DNA from: Mytilus trossulus
Lineage: Eukaryota
Reading direction: 5' to 3'
Assembly (NCBI RefSeq): GCF_036588685.1
Contig: NC_086381.1
Location: 81,034,001 to 81,098,000 of the forward strand
DNA length: 64,000 bases
Positions 51,186 through 64,000 of the stretch are shown one piece after another. The translations under genes were made by a program, and so were the position numbers. The first letter of the stretch is position 1. Every line of letters starts with the position of its first letter. Below the pieces are notes generated by a model. It was not told the DNA's origin. It saw nothing but the letters and a program-made list of their open reading frames with translations, and ran no database searches.

Positions 51186-52917
51186 ATAAAAAATAAAAAA
51201 TATGACAACCCTGAACAAAGATGTACAAACGACAGACAATATTTATACATGTAAATAATTTACGAGCTAATTTAATAATGGACAATAAAACATTTTTTGA
51301 AAATGATCATATGGATTTTAGCAAACACTTTCTCTTTTCGACATAAATCTTTTTCAGAAGTTTACGATTGCATATGAGGTTTTTTTTCTTTTTCAAATCA
51401 CAAAATATATTTATACAAGATAACACATTTCAATAGATATAGGAAGATGTGATGTGAGTGCCAATGAGACAACTCTCCATCCAAATAACAATTTATAAAA
51501 GTAAACCATTATATGTCAATGTTTAGATTTGAACACTTACGATTCAAATATCAGATGTACGCTCATACATATTATTTCTATTTATATTAGTATCAATAAA
51601 ATATGTGACAGTTGTTATATTGATAAGGGTTATTTTGTTTTGAATACCAAATACCAATTCATTTTGATATATGGAGAACTATAAGAAACAAGTAAAACCG
51701 TGTATAAGTGTCAAAATCTACACGTCATTTTCATTTGCATAGAAGTCTTCATATTTAAATCGCACTTATTTATACATACGACGCATGTTAACTTAGTTTT
51801 TGGAATGATTACCTAGTTATTATTAGCGTTTTCGATCTTTAAAGAACAAACTAGAAAATATATGTTCTTTAATACAAGTACTGTTTATAAGCTGGTATGT
51901 GTATATTGTGACACAACCGCTATAAGTGATAATTAAATTTAATGTACAGCAGACAAACAGAAAGTTAACGGTAAAAAATGCATTCGAAGTTATCCAGAAC
52001 GAGCTTAAAATTTACCGGACTTATTTCGAAGTATACTTTAACAGGTCGAGAACTCTAGATTTCCTGACGTCAGAATATATTTGCATAGTAATTTCCCAAA
52101 CACAAGGCCAATGATGGCCTTGAAAAACTGACCAATCGACTCAATGAACTACAATGCATTGTGGGCTACTATGAGTTTACTATCACTAGAAAACACGAGG
52201 AATTAGTGGAAAATGTGAAAACTAATATAATGTCTGAGATTTTCAAAATAAATGTTTTTGTTCTGCGAATATGTTTATTGAAATATATATAACATAATCT
52301 TCAATTTGCATGTTTCAGATTAAAAATGTATTGTTTACGGGCTTAAACATTCGACTTTCTTTTTCGCCTTGTAAAAGTAGTTGAACATGTTTGTTCCATA
52401 GTTATGTATTGTATCTGTGCACTTATTTCACGTCGTGAAACAGTGAAATTTCAGATTGAGTGACCACTATCCAGAACGTAAATGTTTTGAGCTCTTTAAA
52501 TAAGTATATAATGTCATTTAAAAACACGTCTGCCTCGGAAACAAGAAAACTGGCACAGAAACACGTCTATCTGTAATGGATGTGTAAAACATTTATCAGG
52601 ACATGAACTACAAGTAAGAACATCATAATGTTCAGTATCCTGGTTAAAACAAGTGTTATAAAAGTGGGTAGGAATTGTGCTTGATATGCTAGTGATGAAG
52701 ACATAATCTTTCCATAAGTATACAGCCGATTGCAAGTTAGGTAAACTGCCATCCTTTAAGAAAAGACAAGTCCGAAAATAGCCAATTTACATGTCTGTAA
52801 GTCTAGACTAATTCGTAAGGAGGGTAGTATACCTTACATAATAAAGACTTTACGGTTCAGCTAACAAGCAAGCTAACCAAGGATTCTACCTTTCATTACA
52901 CATTCAATGACATCGGC

Positions 52918-53407
52918 TGTAATTGAGGTCTGGAGCTGGCATGTAAGTTACTGCTAGTAGTCCTTTGTTATTTTATATGTATTATTGTCATTTTGTTTAG
53001 TTTCTTTTGTTACCTATTCTGACTCGGACTTCTCTTTAACTGAGTTATAGTATGCATAATGCTGTGTGTTCGTTTTTACTTCATTGGATAGATGTATAGG
53101 GGGAGTGTTGAGATTTCAAAAACATGTTCAACCTCGATGCATGTTTGCGCCTGTCCCAAGTCAGAAGCTTATGGCCTTTGATAGTCTTGACTGATTGTAA
53201 TCTTAGTTTCTTGTGTATACTTCGGAGTTTAGTATGACGTTTATTAATACTGAACTAGTATATATTTGTGCTAGCTAAAGGACTCCTCCGGGTGCAGAGA
53301 TTCTCGTTGTATTAAAGACCCATTGGTGGTCTTCGGCTGTTGTCTGCTCTATGGTTGGGTTGTTGTCTCTCTCTTGGACTCATTTCCCATTTCAATTCTC
53401 AATTTTG
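52918..53407 (+). mobile_element. Truncated Naiad 3'-UTR copy with degraded twister-like motif (53086-53176) and no SECIS
   Basis: Colinear with about 36272-36769. Confidence 0.8.
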
Positions 53408-54645
53408 TACGGTAAATAGCTTAAACTTAGTTTGTATTGTTTCATCCATTGATAAAGTCCGTTGGTTGCGTAGTTTATTCCAAAATATACCTCAGAGGTA
53501 TTTTTATCGTTCGGCTGCTATCCTATTGACGTATGTGCAATATCTCAAATCATCTACACCCTGTGGATCATATTGGATGCTATATTACCTTTTAAGTTTC
53601 TGAAAACGTGCTTTGTATATAGAAAGAAGAAGATAAGGTATGAGTGCCAAATGAGATCTCTTTCCATCCAAGACGCAATCTACTAAACTAAGTTTGTCTT
53701 ATAGGTAATTGTTGTATCACTGTTGTTTTGTTGCTGTCTGGTGGACAAAAATACATAAAATCTCCGTGTCATCACCAAACATATTTATGGATATATATTT
53801 GGTAATTCAATCACTTGTTTCTTCGCATAGAAACAACTCTTCGTTAATCTGAGCATGAAAAGAATGCTTTATATCACAAACTATAAATGTGGATACAAAA
53901 AATGAAAAACTAAGCAAAATTGTTTATCCCGCATTGCACGAAAACATGTGTTGTATTGCAGTAAATAACACGTGTTCTTGTTTGATTGTAATCACGTAGT
54001 AGTCCGTCATGCATTGCTGTGGATTTGTGGATTGGTCAAAAACCCAGGTAAAAAAAAAATGCGTCACACGTAAATAAACAATTTCATGTGCGAGAACATC
54101 GATATGTTAATTTATGCATTGCCATATAAGGTTGTGATCCCGACCTGTTTAATAGCTGAAAGTAATATAAAACAATTTAAATAATCTTAAAGTAGGAGAG
54201 ACAGATCTTTTTGACATTATCATCGTTGCCAAATTTTGATACACTTTTTATTTAGATTAGAACGTAGTTTTTTCCGTTTGAATGGTTTTACACTAGTAAT
54301 TCTGAGGACCTTTTATAGCTTGATGTTCGTTGTGAGCCAAGGCTCTGTGTTCACCTTACTTTGGCTTATTATGTTTTACCTTTATAAATTGTGACTTGGA
54401 TGGAGTGTCTGAGTTGCACTCATACCACATCTCATATCTACATGAGCAGGAATATAAGATTTTGAAGACGAACGTTTCATGCGTACAAAGGAAAGGAAAC
54501 ATATTTACCCGACGATTGAAATTCCAAACATATCATATCTTCTTATATCTATATACGCATGATATTTTTTTTGTATTTTCCATTACTTCCTGTTACATTT
54601 TTTGTAACTTTATTATTAATAACTTAAGTTGAAACATTTTCATTA

Positions 54646-55614
54646 AGCTGGGGTCACACATTCAAGATTTTTACTGCCGTCCTTGACAGGACCAAGTCTG
54701 ATCAAGATCCTATGAATCGTGGATGGAAATTCAAACTTTAATTAAAATTTGTAAAAAAATAAATTTAATCACGACAACAATCAGATATTGTTCAGGAAGC
54801 GTCGATATTCAACCGTTTCCAAGCGAATTTATCCCGATAATCCCGTTCTAAATCCGCTTCTAATCCGATTTGTATCTTTCGCCAGGTAAAATTGACCGAG
54901 TCTGTCACGACTGCGTCCGAATTCTACAAAATGTAATCCGACAGAGATCAGATAGTGACAAGACAGTGAACCGACGCTGACAGAAGTTATCCGTTCGAAA
55001 ACTGTCGGCATACTCGGGATGATCAGATACTGTCGGAACGTAATTCTATCACGATCCACTCTATCGCATTGCAAACGGCTTTGTCTGGTTTCAGTCGTAT
55101 TGTATTCTGTAATTATCCGGACTCTGATGTGGGTATCATTGACGAATTTAGAATTAATAACGGGACTGTTTCGGAACGGGTTCGGCAAAAACGGTTCGCA
55201 ATCGACAAGATCTGGATGCAATCTGGACTCAATCGGCAGAAAAACAGCAATGAAAAATTTCTCCAGATCATTCCCGTTCCACAGGACACCGTCCCGAATA
55301 CACAGAACATTGTTAGGAATTCGATCCGATACAGCAGAATCAGCACGACATAGGCACGATTGTAATCCGACTAGACAAAATTGGCTGAGTTCCTCCGAAT
55401 GTTACGGGACGCACCTAACTGTCGGGGTGCTTTGCCGAACTATTCGGACCCTTCCCGACCAGTAGGAATGTGTTACGAACTAAAACGACTGCGTTCAGAC
55501 AATAAAAGGACATTCCAGATAATTAAGGATACTAATCCGACTTTTTCACTTTTCGTGTCGTATCGCTGTCTGATCTCAAACGGGAGCAATAATCGGCAAT
55601 GTGTGAACCCCGCA
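54646..55614. mobile_element. PIF/Harbinger-like non-autonomous element
   Basis: TSD TTA (54643-45 and 55615-17); TIR AGCTGGGGTCACACATT / rc TGCGGGGTTCACACATT; GC-richer interior with many ATCCG/TCGGA motifs. Confidence 0.75.
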
Positions 55615-57219
55615 TTACCCACACATGTTTGTTATCATTATTATTTAATCGAAACGATGTCCCCTCAATAGAAAAAAAACTTTTAGGACGCATACAGATG
55701 ATACCGAAAGGATGGCGAAACGTTATCAAAAACTTTCTATATGAGGTCGTATCTCAATCAATTTACACCAAGGTGTCATTAAATGAAATTGGATGCAACT
55801 AATGTATCTTGCCTTTCAATAAGAAATCGTTTAATCGTAGATAGATCTCACTCCTATTTCTTTGAAAACTATCATGATATTGCATTCAAATCAATACAAA
55901 TTGGTGTAAATTAGATGCATTCCTTCGGTCTTACGCCTTTTTAGCTTGTATTGTTGGGGAACGCCAGGTAACTTTCTAAGATGCCTATGACACATATCTC
56001 TTTTCTTAACTTATTGTATCCCTAAGTAATCAATTCGGTGTAAAACTTTTAGTTGGTGTTCTATTACTTAGTATTTAAAGTCAAACTTACGTGACTATGT
56101 ACATACACCCCTTAGACATGTTAGATATGTCAGATTTAGGGGTATAAAAAAGAATCGAAAAAGGCCACAAGAACAAAAAAAGTTGTAATCTCAATTTAAA
56201 GTACATTGGGTTGATTATATAATATACTAATATCTAAATATTACACTGAATTAAAGATTAAATTCAAACGACAAAGGAAAGTGACTGATTCTTTAACATT
56301 TTGGATATTTTTTCTAAAGCTGTTCGTAAACATCGTTATCATAGGCGTTGAAAAAATCGCAAGCAAAGAAATTTCGGACCAACCATACAAATATTTCGGA
56401 TCTAATTTCTATTTCAAAATACAACGGCAGACATTATCTTTTAACCAAGCTCTGTAACGTAATCTTTGAAATCAAATCCTGCAAAATACTTAGTCTTAGC
56501 TCAATTTGATCAATCCATTGTTTATTATATGCATATAGCAAACAGTTTAAATGGACAAGTGCATTATCATGAGAACATATCTTAAAACACTTAAGCTTTT
56601 CTGGATAACAAAAGCTCTGCATCGTTTTTGTTTATTTATTTTTCTGTAACGACAGTCATTTTCATTTTTTTTTATTTTCATGGAAAGATTTTTTTAATTA
56701 ATGTTGAAACAATTTAAAATCGAAAACTCCCGATTTTTTTATCGTTGGTTAATTTCACACTTGTTTTAAAAACATCCCTTTCATGAGATACTTTTTTTTA
56801 AATACGTGTCCACAAATTTAAACCATTTGAACTCAAAGTAGTAGTTATTATTGTCCGCCAAAATGCAATACCACTTCCCGCGTTTAATAAAAAAAAAAAT
56901 CTCCAAACCCCATGATAAATCACATGACCGCCTTAATATAACGTCCCATCCCCGTTTTTGACGTGTCTTCTATCCACTATGAAAAGATTGAAAAAAAGAC
57001 AATTCATGTGTTCCTTAGATATTGACCTTACAAATACCTAATTCTGTATGTTTTTTTCAAAACTAGTGTTTTCTGCTGAAAGGGACCATAAGTCACTTTT
57101 TGTTGTGGTTATATAGCATGGACTCCTGACGTACAATTGAAAATACATGTATACAAGGATAATTGTACCAATGGGAAAAGACTGTTAAGAAATATTTTTA
57201 AAATAAAGTGGACTGTAGT

Positions 57220-57500
57220 TTCGACTTGAGTTATCATTGATATGTTCATGATAATAGCTTGACTGTTAAACAAACTTAGAATTTTTGAAATACTAAGGCT
57301 TTTCTACCTGGGAAATATATTACCTTAGCTGTATTTGGCAAAACATTTGGGAATTTGTTGTTTCAATGCTCTTTAACTTAGTACTTGATTTGGCATTTTA
57401 AACATTTTTTTATTCGAGCGTCACTGATGAGTTTTTTGAAGACACAACGCGAGTCTGGCGTAAATATAAATTTTAAATCCTGGTATCTATGATGAGTTTA
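57220..57500 (+). mobile_element. Retrozyme-family copy; hammerhead 57418-57461 with GAAA changed to ACAA
   Basis: gcgtcactgatgagttttttgaagacacaacgcgagtctggcgt. Confidence 0.7.
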
Positions 57501-57509
57501 TCATTCGAA

Positions 57510-60500
57510 TGAATATACTGACTGCTTTTCTACGAACAATGTTTATAATTCATATTTATTGTTACAAAATGGGTAGCTACCATATGACCACACATATCCA
57601 ATATCGGAAAATATAAAACTGTATACATACTCCAAAACCTTATAATAATGCAACAGAGGGGTCTAACTGTTAATAAAGACCCTCCCTAACACTTTTACTC
57701 AAATACTTAGGGGATTCTACGAATGTGTGGAAATTCAATTTCTTTAAAAACATGAACTATAAGTTAATAAATTTCAAAAGTACTAAGAAAGGGAGCCTCC
57801 GTGAACCTTTTGTATTGATCCTCTTCAATCAATTTTGAGGGCCTCGACCATTATAATAAGTGTTGTAGTTTAAAATAAAGTAAGTGTATTAGTGCAATAT
57901 TTAGGAATGATCCAGTCATATGATGACTGAAAAGTAATTCGTTATCTAGCTTACCTTTACCTATGAATGTTCAACTATGGTTTATTCGTATAACGATAGT
58001 AATTTTGCATGTTTTAATAGTACAAGCTATTTACTGAAACGAAACAAAACAGAGGAACAATATGTATTGATTTAATATCAGAATATTAGTCCGATTACAA
58101 TTTTACAAATGTCTTAATTTGTTTTCCGTGTACTTATATTGTGCATATATAAGAAAACATATCAGACCATATACTTTAGGCAAAACCACAATGATCGTTT
58201 TGCAACGTATTGATATCGTTCAAGACAAATGTCATCTTTATTTGATGAATATAATAGTACAAGTGCAACTTAAATGGATCTGCACGATGTATTTTGCTTA
58301 AGGAGAAAATAGAATAAATAAAGGACTTTGTATTTATGAGCTCAACATTTAATCAAAAATAGCCGAATGTTCTAATGGTACTATATTTCAATTTCAATAA
58401 TGTGTAAACAAAGGGGTCCTTAATGTGTAAAGGCCAAGTGCAGCTTCATGTGTGTTCAAATATTTCTATGTTCTTGCTGTATTTTATAAAGAAAAAAAAA
58501 GTAAAGTTACAATTATACCGAACGTTTAGGTTAATTCAAAAAGGAAAGTTCTTTGTCTAATGGCAAAATCACAAGTTAAACACATCAAATGAATGTAAAA
58601 CCAGTGTCATATTTTAAATTGGTTTTGTAATATAGTGACAAAAAACGGTTGTCACTAAGATGATCATTGTAACAGTATCAATGCGCTAACTCTTTATAAT
58701 AAGAGGTGTAATTTAAAATAAGATAATGTTATGCGTGCAATAATCAAAGAGTCGTCCAATAATCTAATGAATGGAAAGGAATTAGTTATTCACATACCTT
58801 CACGTATGACAATTAATATCCCTTGTTTTATATGAAAACAATAAAAGAGAAACTGTCCTCACTTAAAATAAGATAAACGATAATAACTGAAATGCAAATT
58901 ATATTTCATACTGTCAATGCCATGATAATATATCTTTATAACAAAGAAGATATGGTATGATTGCCAATGAGACAAACTGTAAACAAGAGACCAAAATGAC
59001 ACAGACATTAACAAGTATAGGTCACCGTACGGCCTTCAACAATAAGTTAAGTCCATACCGCATAGACAGCTATAAACGGCACCGATATGACATTGTTAAC
59101 AATTCAATCGAGAAAACCAACGGCCTTATTTGTATTAAAAAAATGAAAGAAAACAAATGTGTAACACATAAACAAACGACAACCACTGAATGGCTAATGA
59201 TTTTCAAAGTCCTGTGTAATATTATAAAAGAAACAGAATGAATACGTTCAGGATTGCGACATCACTTTAAACATTATTTTAACTATTAGTACGTATTGGA
59301 CGTATAATGAATCGGTAATGGCCTTACATTTTTACGTCATCATTTAATTTGGATTATCTCTCGTAGCCTTGACAAACGATACTTTAAATGTAGTGTGTAT
59401 ATTATATAAACCTTCTTTTATTGTCAAATCTATAATTAACAAGTCGAAATGATTAATCCACAATTGTTCAAAATGAAACAACTAATTTGGTCTTTGTGTT
59501 ATGCATTTAATAAGTAATAATTATAGTATAGATGTAATGTAGCTCACATACATTATGAATTAGGCGGGAACTACGTCACTTGAAATACTACATATTTTAT
59601 AGTAAAATTCCCTTCAAAAACTATAACTCTTGAACTTCAGGAAAAAGTAAAATCAGAAAAATACTGAACTCCGAGGAAATTCAATCGGAAAGTCCCTAAA
59701 TACATGGCAAAATCAAATCACAAAACACATCACGCGAATAGACTGACATTCAATAATTTCAGTTACTAGTATGTGATATTTAAAAATGTCTGTACGAAGA
59801 TGCAACACATGTGACATAAGTTTATTGATTTTCCACGTTACCTAAATCCGAACTGAATGCACACAAACAATTGTTCATTACCAATAAAACATTCTTGAAC
59901 TCACTTTAGGAAGGTATCCGGTGATTCAGTAATGTAGGTTTGTCTTGTGGTCTGAAAACTCAAACCCAGTCGATATGTAGCGATTGGGAAAATGACATAG
60001 TTGGTGCATTCCAATCATTGTGTCGAAATAAACCTGTATGATCGATGTTACCTACGAAGAAATATCTTGCTTAATCTGACACATATTTCAATCGTTTACT
60101 TTGTTTGCATTTCTTTTTTCAATTTTATATAAACATTCTTGATATAAATAACATCGTCCCTGCGTTCATTATACATGCGTTTGTTCAAAATGGCGATTTG
60201 TTCTTAGATTCTGTTTTATTTATTTTCAATAGGTTTTCAAAATCATTGTATTTAACGCACATTACCAAAACAAACTCTGTTTAAATTGAGTCTTTAGTTC
60301 TTTTTTACATCAGCTATAGTTTAACCATACAACCTACATTATGTTCTTGTGTAAGTTCATGTTTATGTTCAATTCAACTTAATTATGTAAAAAGAACCTA
60401 TAGGGTGCACTATGTAAATACAGCTGTTTCTGACACCACGCATCTTTTGGTGAGATTTATAATATTCATAGATATGTAAATTTTATAACGTACTGTTTCC

Positions 60501-62480
60501 CATATACGATATCTTGTTTTATCACATAGAGACAACACTTGTGAATGTAACCAGTATAGTAAAACATGGTAGCGCCTAAAGTTTAATTCTTATAAAGTCC
60601 AAAAATTGAGGTAAGGGTAGTATAGAATTTTAGTATATGTTTAGGAACATATAAATGTTGAAAACATGCCGCACAGCCCTATATTTTTACCTTTGAATAA
60701 GATAGTAGTGCATATAAACTTTCCGTTCTAGGATATAATTTTTCACGTATTTCATAGTAAAGGTGTCACAGTTTAAGCCGCAAAAGGAGTTCCTATGAAA
60801 ATTGCATTGTCTTTATTAACAGAATTGCAACCTAAATGGAGACTGGTCATTCAAAACTGGAAAAATATTCTTCGACATAATAAAATTGAATATAAGGAAA
60901 AGACTAGTTTGACTTTCTTCAGAAAGCTAAACCAGCACCCACACACCAGACTTTTTACATGTTTCAGGAAATCCAAATCTTTGGTTAAACTTAGGGGAAA
61001 ATATAAACTACGATAGGTATATCAGCACATCATCAGGAACAGTACAAAGAAGCGTCATTTGATATATAATTCGTATTGAGAAATCCTCGTTTGACTGAAA
61101 AGCTTACCGAAAAGTAGAAAAACGGTCTCACAACTTTATCCTGTTCGTAATTGGGACCTTTCTTGAGGAGAAAAAATAGTTAGGTTTTGTAAATTATAAT
61201 AAGACAAGCATTTTTTTTCTTTGTAACAACACAATGAACATATTGAAAAATTCTAAAAGTATCTACACTTAGCGCTACCTCACAGATGTACGCAATAATG
61301 ACTGGTATAATATACCTCCCATGTAAATCCACATGTATTGCATCCTACTTGCAAAAGATATGCCGATTTTGCAGTTTTAAAAATTGCTATGCAGAACCTG
61401 TATACCTAAGTGATGCAAAGCAAAGAGAGTCCATGCATTAGAGCTCGATAAAATGTACAAAATCCATTTGAAACTAAATTCCGCCACTTTCTAAATGTGC
61501 TCTTGACGCATAAAGGACATAATAAATTATGACGTCATACGAGTGAACTAGTTATAGCTGAATGTTTTTATTGTTACGTGAAAATGGTCAAATTTTGAAT
61601 TATATTGCATTTATATGCAGTTTTGAGGTAGGTGTTGCCTTATTTTCTATTGTTTAAAAAGTTACTGATTTCAGCAAGTCAATATGGCGACTCATTATTT
61701 ACAAAAAAAATACTGTGGATTTGACTGCAGCTTACGAGAAATAAATGTTTAGTGAAATAAGAAATGAAAAATATGGAAGTTGAGAATGAAAAGAAATAAA
61801 TACACATTTTTTATTTAAGAAATAATTCATGCAATCTTTAGCTTTACTGGGACCATTTAGCGAGTTCACAAGCTTTCATCAGATACCAAAACTGCCCAAA
61901 TATTTCACCTATTGACAAAGCTAGAGTTATGCCTAAGAACTATTTTGTTTATAATATGTACTACTTTGTTGTTGTTGTTTTTTCTGACTCGGACAAAAAT
62001 AGTAGTTCAATTCCTTCACTGCAAACATTAAAAGGCAAAAAATGGAAATATAGCAACTTTCAACATGTTTAATACCTGACAATATGTATCTTATAGCATA
62101 AAAGTGCAAAATATAAAGAATGAGTCAATCAGAGAAAAATATTTAAGACATGACATGCCAAAGTAATCTGCGATATAATTGTGATTCAACAACTTATTTA
62201 AGTGGTGTGTCATATGAAATTCAATTGACTATGAAAAAAATAAATTATAATTTACTTGTTTGATTCCTGGTATTATCGTGATCAACTTTTATTTTTCAAA
62301 TTATCAAACTGTATTGATATTTCCAGAAGTTTTTTTTATTCTTAAAAAAGTGAGTGTAAATAAATAAAAAAAACTTAAATAGCAAACACATCTTTCGATA
62401 AAAAAAAATTAAAAATCATCTCATTAAGTAACTTTTTTTTAATTCATAATACAAAGATGTTGCGATCTTGTATCGTTCAG
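57510..62480 (+). repeat. Diverged segmental duplicate of about 11300-17200
   Basis: Homologous blocks 57510~12720, 58130~11380, 58440~13390, 59240~14615, 61150~14960, 62456~17156. Confidence 0.75.
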
Positions 62481-63079
62481 GAAGCACATTGTAAAAGCAA
62501 ATGATTTTATTGAATCAGTTATAATTTTCTTAACCTATCTGTTGTAGAGATGTACGTCCAAATTTTGACATAAAAACTAGGTGCAAGACAGACGGTAATT
62601 GTAAAGAACCAAAATTTAAAGTAAAAAAAGCTGCAGCACCATATGTTTTTTTAGAACTTAACAACACCCAAATGTATGCTACTCTGTGATTCATAGAACA
62701 AATTCCTCCCTAGAGCTAGGGTAAATGAGTGGAGCAAGGGTCTATTGCCGGAACCAGAGATGGTACTTTCTGTTTTGTGATAGTGTTTGTTATTGTTATT
62801 TCTGGTTTAATGTTTTGAACACTGTCTTCTTCAATATCAAAACGATATCTGGCCTCTGTGACAACTTTCCCAGAATCAAGTTATATATCCTAAAGTGAGA
62901 AATCAAAATTTATAGCTTTTTCTTGAAATTATCTGTTAAATCCCGCAAATAAGCTTTACTCTAGCCCCGATATGCGGGTCAGCGGGTCATTGTTGATTTT
63001 CTAAAGACATATTTGTTTTTGTATGGTTGGAGCAGACGATTTCGCCAGTTTTTTTTTATATGTTGCTATGTTGATATGA

Positions 63080-63123
63080 GCGTCACTGATGAGTCTTATG
63101 TAGACGAAACGTGCGTCTGGCGT
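63080..63123 (+). ncRNA. Minimal type I hammerhead ribozyme, catalytic core intact
   Basis: GCGUCA CUGAUGA GUCU-uaugu-AGAC GAAA CGUGCG UC^UGGCGU. Confidence 0.8.
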
Positions 63124-63890
63124 ACTAAATTATAATCCTGGTACGTTTTGTATCTTTTTTTTGTTATTGATAATTTCCGAGAAATCCGAACGGAAAAGTA
63201 CTTCCTGTGGGTTATGACCTTGAGTTTAACCAATCATCTGCTGAGATCACCGGCAACCACCAGTTGATTAATCTTTGTTATACAATGGGTGAAGAAAGGG
63301 ATAAAATTACGAAGAATTAGAGAAAGGATGATATACGATGTCACTGTCAATCTGTAGCATTAATCAAAATCATTAGTAAACAAAGATTTGGTAAAAATAC
63401 TGATGTAAATTTCTCCGACATGAGGATATTGGAACATTATTTCAACAACACTTGTCACGAGTACCAGTTGTATCAAAGGTGTAATGGTCAGTTTGGATTT
63501 GGCGATTTGTATGACACTTTATATATATAACGTAAAAACTAAAATCACAAAATACTTAACTCCGATGAAAATTCAAAACGGAAAGTCCTAAATCAAATGG
63601 AAAAAATCAACAGCACAAACATATCAAATGAATGGATAACAACTGTCGTATTTCTGACTAGATACAGGCATTTTCTTATGTATTATATAAAGTTGTAAAA
63701 ATAAAGGTCTTTCTTATAATGGTGAATGGAATATCACATTAAATCTGGTGGACGTGTGATGATTGTTAATGACGGAGAATATGATTTGTTAAAGAATTGA
63801 AAAAAGCTTTGTTTAAGAACTGTTACACCAATTTTCAAGGTACGGGAATGATTAAAGCATACAAACATGCTTAACCCGAATCATTTTATA

Positions 63891-64000
63891 TACCGCATAG
63901 ATGGTTATTTTCGCGGGTGTAAAATTTCGCGATTTCCATTGAGAAAGGTATACGAAATATTTTGGCGGTTATTATTTTGGCGGATTAAAAATAATTATCA
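63891..64000. mobile_element. Left end of a probable TA-flanked MITE, cut by the window edge
   Basis: ta|taccgcatagatggttattttcgcggg with repeated ttttggcgg subterminal motifs. Confidence 0.4.

Noticed and set aside
54829-55802. Cluster of overlapping ORFs up to 148 aa
   Set aside because: Mostly inside a GC-richer Harbinger-like MITE; no transposase or other recognisable motif
62716-62889. Exon-like minus-strand stretch LDSGKVVTEARYRFDIEEDSVQ...
   Set aside because: In-frame TAA right after the acceptor, no recognisable family and no partner exons

Overview
AT-rich eukaryotic (animal) genomic DNA. The repeat content (Naiad-type Penelope-like elements, Meta- and V-domain SINEs, hammerhead retrozymes) suggests a bivalve mollusc, probably a mussel; this is inference. 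One spliced gene is supported on the minus strand: four phase-compatible exons (30426-20892) encode one complete six-bladed YWTD/LDLR class-B beta-propeller of about 255 aa. A broken paralogous exon lies at 50325-50663 and the gene's flanks are duplicated, which suggests a decaying tandem array. The rest is mostly transposon-derived. The most notable object is a 5'-truncated Naiad-type retroelement (34291-36769). Its RT frame has an in-frame TGA at a normally Cys position, its 3' UTR holds a canonical type II SECIS, and downstream sits a circularly permuted twister-ribozyme-like motif in which P1 is replaced by two palindromes. The same twister-like fold recurs with compensatory changes in at least three other repeat families here, alongside minimal type I hammerhead ribozymes. 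All structures and alignments were read by eye; no folding program or database search was run.
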